DNA from: Nitrososphaerales archaeon
Lineage (GTDB): Archaea > Thermoproteota > Nitrososphaeria > Nitrososphaerales > UBA213
NCBI GenBank assembly: GCA_046759645.1
Contig: JBHICO010000004.1
Span: 1 to 47,032 of the forward strand
DNA: 47,032 nt
Direction of reading: 5' to 3'
Positions 40,904 to 47,032 of the stretch are shown here, in pieces. The notes below the pieces were generated by a model. That model was not told the origin of the DNA. It ran no database searches and saw nothing but the letters and a program-made list of their open reading frames with translations. Made by a program: the position numbers and the translations under genes. Position 1 is the stretch's first letter. Each line of letters opens with the position of its first letter.

Positions 40904-41362
40904 ATGATGAATGCTAAGATAATAGCAGGTGTCTCAGTTAGTATAATTGCAGTCGGTATACTTGCTTTTTTTGCGTCTATGCAGACAGATAATGACGTAG
41001 AGGAAATACTCGGTGCAGGATTGCAAAACGCCGATAAATGCACCAAGGGTGATTTCAAAGCCGATCCATCCAACGATGTGGTAGAGCTAACAATGGAAGC
41101 ATATCAGTGGAGGTTCAGTTATTGCTCTATAACAGTCTATGAGGGGCAGACAGTAATGATCACAATGCAAAGCCTCGATGTTCCACATGGATTTGCTATA
41201 GATGGCTATCCAGAAATCGGTGACAAGCACATAAGCCCTAGTGCTCTGACCGTAATCAAGTTTACCGCAGATAAAACGGGAAAATTCACATACTATTGTA
41301 CCGTCTTCTGTGGTGAGGGGCATCCTCTTCATAATGGACAGCTGGTGGTTCAATCAGCTTAA
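40904..41362 (+). CDS. membrane-anchored CuA-type cupredoxin (cytochrome oxidase subunit II-like domain)
   Basis: AYQWRF, SLDVPHGF, YYCTVFCGEGHPLH. Confidence 0.85.
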   Translation: MMNAKIIAGVSVSIIAVGILAFFASMQTDNDVEEILGAGLQNADKCTKGDFKADPSNDVVELTMEAYQWRFSYCSITVYEGQTVMITMQSLDVPHGFAIDGYPEIGDKHISPSALTVIKFTADKTGKFTYYCTVFCGEGHPLHNGQLVVQSA

Positions 41363-41499
41363 GAATGAATAAGGTGCTGCTGCTATAACAAATGCATTGA
41401 TCCTGAATACTTCATCACAAAAGTGCTAAATATCGATTGAATCACTGTTAACACTACTGTACCAATTGGTTTAAATAAATTAGAACTACACACACAACG

Positions 41500-42693
41500 A
41501 TGAAATATTATTTTCTAATTATAGTATTATCGTTAGTCACATCTTCACCCATTGTTGGGGAAGCTCATCTCTTTGGTGGAGAAACCAAGAGCGTTGGAAA
41601 ATATAGCGTTACATACGTAAGCACGCCAACCAATCCTTTAATCGGCACCACTACCACACTAGCATTCAGTATTCTTGATGAAGGTATTGATGTTTCCAAT
41701 ACAGTGACAAGAATAACTATCATGAAAGACGGTGACGTAGTAGCAGAAATGCCTGAAGCTAGCTATGCTACAGGTGATATTCAAGTTCCATTCACATTCA
41801 CAGAAAGCGGTCTTTACAGCATTACCATAGAAGCAAAAACGAGTGAGAATCCAGACCCGATAGTAGTTATGTTTGACCAGAGGGTCGAGCAAATATCAGC
41901 TCAATCTGGTCCTGTAAAGACCGTTGATGTGAACAGTGCCATAGCATTATCCGTCGTATTCGGCGTGATCCCACTTTACATTGGCCTTACGAATTCTAAA
42001 CTTTCCCACAAATTGCGTGATTCCTCAAAGGGATTTATTACCAGTGTTGCATTTGGCATAGTGATCTTCTCTCTAATAGATCTATTCGGCGGTGCATCTA
42101 GACTCGGCATAGACTTTGGTTTAAGGGCAATTCCATTGCAGTTAACACTCGTAATTGCATTTGCAATTGGACTTGTAATTCCATTTGCAGTTGAACGATA
42201 TTCAACTGTCGGAGATAATAAAAAATCACAGATCATCACTTATAGTGTAGCATATATTTTTGCATTAGCAGTAGCATTTCACAGCTTCGCAGAGGGTGTG
42301 GTGATAGGCTTTGACTTGCAGTCCGGGTATTCGTTTACTTTCACACAGCAATCACTGCAGGCTACAAGCTTCTTTCTGCATAAAATAGCAGAAGGGCTTG
42401 TCATATCGATTCCGATCATGTTAATCAGACCAAAAGTAGAAACCTTCGTGTTGGCAGGTATAGTAGGCTCTATCCCTCTACTCGTTGGTGTTATCTCTGC
42501 GTACTTGGGTATTTCTGGTCTAGCGGCATCATACGGATTTGCTTTGGGAGCTGGAGTATCTGCATACATTTTGTTCAAACTCGGTTATCTATCCAACATG
42601 CTTTCGGGAAGCAAAATGCGGATGTTTTCTGGGATTATCATAGGTTTATTATTCATGTACTTCGCTGGATGGATTCATTCAATAGAGATATAA
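41500..42693 (+). CDS. ZIP-family divalent metal transporter with N-terminal extracellular domain
   Basis: ZIP metal-site helices FHSFAEG and LHKIAEG; signal peptide and an approximately 120-aa soluble beta domain. Confidence 0.8.
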   Translation: MKYYFLIIVLSLVTSSPIVGEAHLFGGETKSVGKYSVTYVSTPTNPLIGTTTTLAFSILDEGIDVSNTVTRITIMKDGDVVAEMPEASYATGDIQVPFTFTESGLYSITIEAKTSENPDPIVVMFDQRVEQISAQSGPVKTVDVNSAIALSVVFGVIPLYIGLTNSKLSHKLRDSSKGFITSVAFGIVIFSLIDLFGGASRLGIDFGLRAIPLQLTLVIAFAIGLVIPFAVERYSTVGDNKKSQIITYSVAYIFALAVAFHSFAEGVVIGFDLQSGYSFTFTQQSLQATSFFLHKIAEGLVISIPIMLIRPKVETFVLAGIVGSIPLLVGVISAYLGISGLAASYGFALGAGVSAYILFKLGYLSNMLSGSKMRMFSGIIIGLLFMYFAGWIHSIEI

Positions 42694-42704
42694 TGACAGA
42701 AGTT

Positions 42705-43010
42705 TCAAACCGCGATCTTGTCGGATTTCTCGTACCTAAAAGTCTCAATTTCTACTTTCTCCAAGAGAGGACGGATTCTGTCGAAATAGGCGCGCTCAGA
42801 TTCTGTATGGGCATCTACTGCCCCCTCATCAACATACTGTTCCACAACAACATAGCTGTGGTTATCTGTGGGAGACTTGTAGAGTTCATGAACCTTGCAG
42901 CCTGATTCATTTGATTTAACCAGAGCGTCCAACTCCTTGAAGAGACTTTCGAATTCTGCTTGCCTACCTTCGTTGGTTTTAATTCTCTTCAACCTTCCAA
43001 TCATAATCAT
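42705..43010 (-). CDS. antibiotic biosynthesis monooxygenase (ABM) family protein
   Basis: GRQAEF...NESGC..HEL...YVVVEQY.D..AVDAH pattern. Confidence 0.82.
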   Translation of the reverse strand: MIMIGRLKRIKTNEGRQAEFESLFKELDALVKSNESGCKVHELYKSPTDNHSYVVVEQYVDEGAVDAHTESERAYFDRIRPLLEKVEIETFRYEKSDKIAV

Positions 43011-43260
43011 CGGTAGATGAAAGCTTGCAGGGAATTAAGTCTTCCTAGACTGAGGAAGAGGGATGGGGTATCAGAATTACGAATGATCTGTTGTGAGTCA
43101 AGACCTTTCTCTTCACCAATGTACATGTCTGAAGACAGGAGAGTGCACCTAGTACATCTAATGACGATTCCAAGTCGCAGACATTCTTTAGTTGTTGTTA
43201 TTCAATAGGATATTATGACACAAGAGTAAAATTAAAAAGTTATAATGAAAGAGTAACATC

Positions 43261-44202
43261 ATGTCAGAATTTTCTAAAATTGAACCATCATACATTTCAA
43301 AGGACGGATGTCGATTAATCTGGAAGGGAATTGATGAAGATGACCAAGAGGTAGTAATTCTAAATAAAGATGAATTAGAGCATTTGACTGAATTAATGTC
43401 AGAGGAGTCTACTGGGAAAGTCAAGCTTGAGGATGAATATAGTAGAATAATGGTTAACACAGACACCACTCAGTTTCAGTTAAAGGATCATAAAGCCCTT
43501 GAAGTAAAAACCTCGATTCTCAGAAAAAGTATTCTAGAATATAGGAAAGTCCCTCATGAACCAAAACCAATCAAAATTTATCCAAAAGAATTCTTTCCTT
43601 CAATTGTAATAGAAAAAGAAGATGAGACGGACAGAAACGAGCTTCTTAATGCAATTCTTACCTCTGAAAGTCCGGCCGCTCTCGCAGAAAATGAGCTTTT
43701 TAGAGTAATGTCAACACGAAGGTCAACAAGAAATTTTGATACATCTAGTCCTGTAGAACAATGGAAGATTGACAAAATACTAGCTGCAGCTGATACTGCA
43801 CCAACTGCTGGCAATTTTCAAGGCTTTGAGGTAGTTTACGTAAAAAATAAAGAGATTAAGAAACGTCTAGTAGAGGCTGCAAACAACCAGCCCTACGTAA
43901 ATGCCCCAGTTGTTTTGGTCTTTTGTATGGACCCTTCAAGAATAAAGATGAAATTTCCACCAGAAATTCTTACAAAGTTTTCTCTTCAAGATGCAACTTT
44001 GGCTGCCGCTTATTCACAACTTGCGGCATCGGCTTTAGGTCTGAGCTCAATTTGGATTGGAATGATAGACGAAGAAAAAGTAAAAGAAATTATTGAAACA
44101 GCATTTAGGCCATCCTCAATTTTGTGTATTGGTTATCCTAATCACAAACGTCCTCCAAAATCTCGGAGAAAATTAAAAGAATTAATTCGTGTAATTGAAT
44201 AA
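43261..44202 (+). CDS. nitroreductase family protein with an extra N-terminal domain
   Basis: RRSTRNF, APTAGNFQ, LAASALGLSSIWIG, IGYP in the C-terminal half. Confidence 0.85.
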   Translation: MSEFSKIEPSYISKDGCRLIWKGIDEDDQEVVILNKDELEHLTELMSEESTGKVKLEDEYSRIMVNTDTTQFQLKDHKALEVKTSILRKSILEYRKVPHEPKPIKIYPKEFFPSIVIEKEDETDRNELLNAILTSESPAALAENELFRVMSTRRSTRNFDTSSPVEQWKIDKILAAADTAPTAGNFQGFEVVYVKNKEIKKRLVEAANNQPYVNAPVVLVFCMDPSRIKMKFPPEILTKFSLQDATLAAAYSQLAASALGLSSIWIGMIDEEKVKEIIETAFRPSSILCIGYPNHKRPPKSRRKLKELIRVIE

Positions 44203-44436
44203 AAAGGCTTTAATCCCTTCAATGGTTTAGTCTCCAAAGTTCTGTTTTTGATCGTCCATTTAGTTTAGCCTGTTCATACTTCGCATATTCCTGCTATATG
44301 TTATCAGCTAGATAGTGCTTTGCTATAATGCGATTAAGCAGAGTTCAAACTAATCTAGAAGTTGTATAAATAAAAAGAAAGAGAGCTTATGCGAAGTCTA
44401 AAATAATGTTGAAACCCCTATACAAATAGTAAGGAG

Positions 44437-44769
44437 CTATTTCGTGCCTGATCTTCTCTTGAGTTCAGATATAAGAGCAGATATCATGACGTGATAGTCT
44501 ATCTCATGATCCTGTCGGAGCTCCTCGTACATTCCATACTTTACTTCAAAATCCTTAATCTTTGCTAAACTCATGTTGTTAATTAGTTCGATCACATCCT
44601 GATACATTTTGATCTGATTCTGCGCTTGAGTTAGGAGACATTGTTTCAACTCTTCTACTGAACAACATTCCAGATGCGTTAATTTTATCCCACTTGTCTC
44701 CTTCATGCCTATAGGTATGTGATAATGCGAATTATTCATCTTGTTACCACAGATCTCACATGCACACAC
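44437..44769 (-). CDS. hypothetical protein
   Basis: 110-aa ORF beginning with CEIC and containing ECCS; TTTATAAA upstream. Confidence 0.6.
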   Translation of the reverse strand: MCACEICGNKMNNSHYHIPIGMKETSGIKLTHLECCSVEELKQCLLTQAQNQIKMYQDVIELINNMSLAKIKDFEVKYGMYEELRQDHEIDYHVMISALISELKRRSGTK

Positions 44770-44851
44770 ATCCTAAAGTAGTTGTGATTTGTTTATAAAG
44801 TAACCCATCACAACAACCTTTAATAGCAAACTATCTCTTCTTTTTTTTCCC

Positions 44852-45772
44852 ATGCATAAAGTAATCATAATAGGATCTGGACCAGCAGGATTAACAGCTG
44901 CAATTTATGCTGCAAGAGGAGGAATCGAACCAGTAGTAACATCAGGTAATGAACCGGGTGGACAATTGATATTTACTACAGACGTTGAGAACTTTCCTGG
45001 TTTTCCCGAGGCAATAAAAGGTCCAGACCTGATGGAAAATATGAAAAAGCAAGCGGAAAGGTTTGGCACAAAATTCATCAATGGTGCTGTTACAGCCGTG
45101 GATTTTTCCACAAAACCTTTCAAGGTTACTGTAGGCGAGCAGAGCCATTCTGCTGAAGCTGTTATAATTGCAACTGGTTCCTCAGCACTTTGGCTTGGAC
45201 TTGAATCGGAGACGAGGCTGAAGGGTAAAGGTGTGTCTGCATGTGCAACATGTGATGGATTCTTCTTCAAGGGAAAAGATGTCGTTGTAGTAGGAGGAGG
45301 AGATGTTGCTCTTGAGGAAGCACTATTCCTTGCCAATATTGTAGCAGGCGTAAGGGTCATTCATAGGAGGGATGAGTTAAGGGCCTCGCATATATCGCAA
45401 CAGCGAGCATTCACTAATCCCAGGATCTCGTTTGTTTGGAATACGATAGTGGAGGAAATCATGGGTGAAAACAAAGTTGAGGGTGTTAGGATAAGGAACG
45501 TACATACTAATGAAAAGTCAGAAATTAAGTGCAGTGCTGTATTTGTCTCAATTGGGCATAAACCAAATACGGAAATCTTTAGAGGTCATATCGAACTTGA
45601 TAACAAGGGGTATGTGAAGAATTATAATGAGAGCAAAACAAACGTTGAAGGTGTTTTTGTAGCAGGGGACGTTTATGATTACATATACAGGCAAGCAGTA
45701 ACAGCAGCAGGATCTGGTTGCAAGGCAGCAATTGATGTGATTAAATATTTGGAATCAAAGGATAAAGGTTAA
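44852..45772 (+). CDS. trxB: thioredoxin reductase
   Basis: GSGPAG, GGQL, CATCDG, GGGD, HRR, AGDV...RQAVTAAG. Confidence 0.96.
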   Translation: MHKVIIIGSGPAGLTAAIYAARGGIEPVVTSGNEPGGQLIFTTDVENFPGFPEAIKGPDLMENMKKQAERFGTKFINGAVTAVDFSTKPFKVTVGEQSHSAEAVIIATGSSALWLGLESETRLKGKGVSACATCDGFFFKGKDVVVVGGGDVALEEALFLANIVAGVRVIHRRDELRASHISQQRAFTNPRISFVWNTIVEEIMGENKVEGVRIRNVHTNEKSEIKCSAVFVSIGHKPNTEIFRGHIELDNKGYVKNYNESKTNVEGVFVAGDVYDYIYRQAVTAAGSGCKAAIDVIKYLESKDKG

Positions 45773-45863
45773 TCATGTCGTTGCTGTCTGATCAGATTTG
45801 AAGAGAGTTATGCGAGTTAAGAATATTTATAAACTGTAAAGGCTCGATCAGTGTGCTTTAGTC

Positions 45864-46652
45864 ATGAATTCTAAGACAGCTGTCGTAACTGGGGCTGGAA
45901 GAGGAATAGGGAAGGAGATTGCTATGGCACTCGCAAAAGAAAACTACAATGTTGTCGTAAATTCTAGGAATCCAGAGCATGCAAATAGTGTAGCAAATGA
46001 AATCAAATCCCTAGGTAAGAATGCGATAGGAGTTGGTGGTGATGTTGCGAAGGAAGAAGATTGCACAAAGATAATTCAAGCAGCTATAAACCATTTCAAG
46101 AGGATAGATCTTCTTGTTAACAATGCAGGTATACAGAAACCAATACCATTGAACAGTATGTCGGTGGAAGAATGGGATAAGGTTATGAATGTCAACCTAA
46201 GGGGCGTCTTCATGTGCAGTAGAGAAGCAGCTAAGCACATGCTCAAAAATGGCGGTGGAAGCATAATCAATATTTCATCAGTGCATCAGGTAATCCCCAA
46301 ACCATTGTATGTGCACTATGCTTCATCGAAAGGTGGACTGAACATGTTGACGAAAACTATGGCATTGGAACTAGCAAGGCATAATATCCGTGTTAATGCT
46401 GTTGCCCCAGGAGCTATTGCTACGGATATGAATAAAGAAATTGTTAACAATCAGGATAAGATGAAGGAGCTTAACGAGTTTGTGCCGATGGGAAGGATTG
46501 GGAATGCTGAAGAAGTGGCCAGTGCTGTAATATTTCTTGCTTCAGACAAGGCGAGTTATATTACTGGAACAACGTTGTTTGTTGATGGAGGACTAACTCT
46601 GTATCCAAGCTACGGTATTGAACTAAAGGAGGGATCAGAGGAGGTCCATTAG
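45864..46652 (+). CDS. SDR oxidoreductase, glucose 1-dehydrogenase-like
   Basis: TGAGRGIG, NNAG, SSVHQVIP.P...HYASSKGG, PGAI.T, DGG.TLYP. Confidence 0.82.
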   Translation: MNSKTAVVTGAGRGIGKEIAMALAKENYNVVVNSRNPEHANSVANEIKSLGKNAIGVGGDVAKEEDCTKIIQAAINHFKRIDLLVNNAGIQKPIPLNSMSVEEWDKVMNVNLRGVFMCSREAAKHMLKNGGGSIINISSVHQVIPKPLYVHYASSKGGLNMLTKTMALELARHNIRVNAVAPGAIATDMNKEIVNNQDKMKELNEFVPMGRIGNAEEVASAVIFLASDKASYITGTTLFVDGGLTLYPSYGIELKEGSEEVH

Positions 46653-46668
46653 ATTTAAGGGATGACTA

Positions 46669-47032
46669 TTGAATTTAGAAAAGATTCTTGAAGGTGCAAA
46701 GAAAGTATTAGAAGGGAATTGGACTGGAAAGTTTACTATTCCATCTTCAACCCTTTATCCCCATGTATGGAGCTGGGACTCTGCTTTCATAGCAATAGGA
46801 AATTCATACTTTAATACGGAACATGCAATGAAGGAATTAGAGTTCTTGTTTGATGCTCAGTGGAAGAATGGGATGGTTCCACATATTGTCTTCAATGAGA
46901 AGGAGAAAACATACTTTCCAGCTGCGGACTTTTATGATATAACCAGATCGCCAAATGCCCCAAAGCATATAGGTACATCAGGAATGACACAGCCGCCAGT
47001 ACATGCTATAGCCTGCTATTACATCTATGAGA
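46669..47032 (+). CDS. GH63-like glycoside hydrolase (mannosyl/glucosylglycerate hydrolase type), 3' end outside window
   Basis: Hand-translated from TTG: MNLEKILEGAKKVLEGNWTGKFTIPSSTLYPHVWSWDSAFIAIG...QWKNGMVPHIVF...TSGMTQPPVHA. Absent from the ORF track. Confidence 0.8.
   Translation, partial: MNLEKILEGAKKVLEGNWTGKFTIPSSTLYPHVWSWDSAFIAIGNSYFNTEHAMKELEFLFDAQWKNGMVPHIVFNEKEKTYFPAADFYDITRSPNAPKHIGTSGMTQPPVHAIACYYIYE

Noticed and set aside
43011-43260. Possible ncRNA or small ORF (hairpin CTTCCT-AGACTG-AGGAAG; ORF 43017-43208)
   Set aside because: No complete C/D box set, tRNA fold or protein motif.
137-46270. Many short antisense or alternate-frame ORFs (e.g. 7378-7875, 16118-16546, 22159-22578, 44905-45360)
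   Set aside because: They are shadows of well-supported genes and have no motifs.
1-47032. CRISPR arrays, IS elements, integrases, rRNA or tRNA genes
   Set aside because: None recognised; intergenic gaps are short and show no repeat-spacer pattern.

Overview
Core-genome segment of a Nitrososphaerota (thaumarchaeal) archaeon, judged from the PEF-CTERM surface proteins, LysW-type Arg/Lys operon, futalosine genes, PurP and the short Rad50. In order it holds: a sulfonate/nitrate-type ABC transporter; a LysW-dependent Arg/Lys cluster with two carrier/ligase pairs (both carriers missed by the ORF track); futalosine menaquinone genes interrupted by a GH5 hydrolase; elongation factor 2; mannosyl-3-phosphoglycerate synthase plus a HAD phosphatase; asnB; purP; nurA-herA-mre11-rad50; a copper/metal cluster; trxB; a glucose dehydrogenase-like SDR; and a partial GH63-like hydrolase. 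The stand-out signal is in the EF-2 gene. A 31-nt insertion (21224-21254) folds into a canonical archaeal bulge-helix-bulge. Cleavage at the standard EndA positions restores the reading frame and the QIRNFGVIAHVDHGKTT P-loop exactly, which points to a tRNA-type intron in the mRNA of an essential translation factor. All calls come from reading the sequence and recalling protein families; no searches were run.
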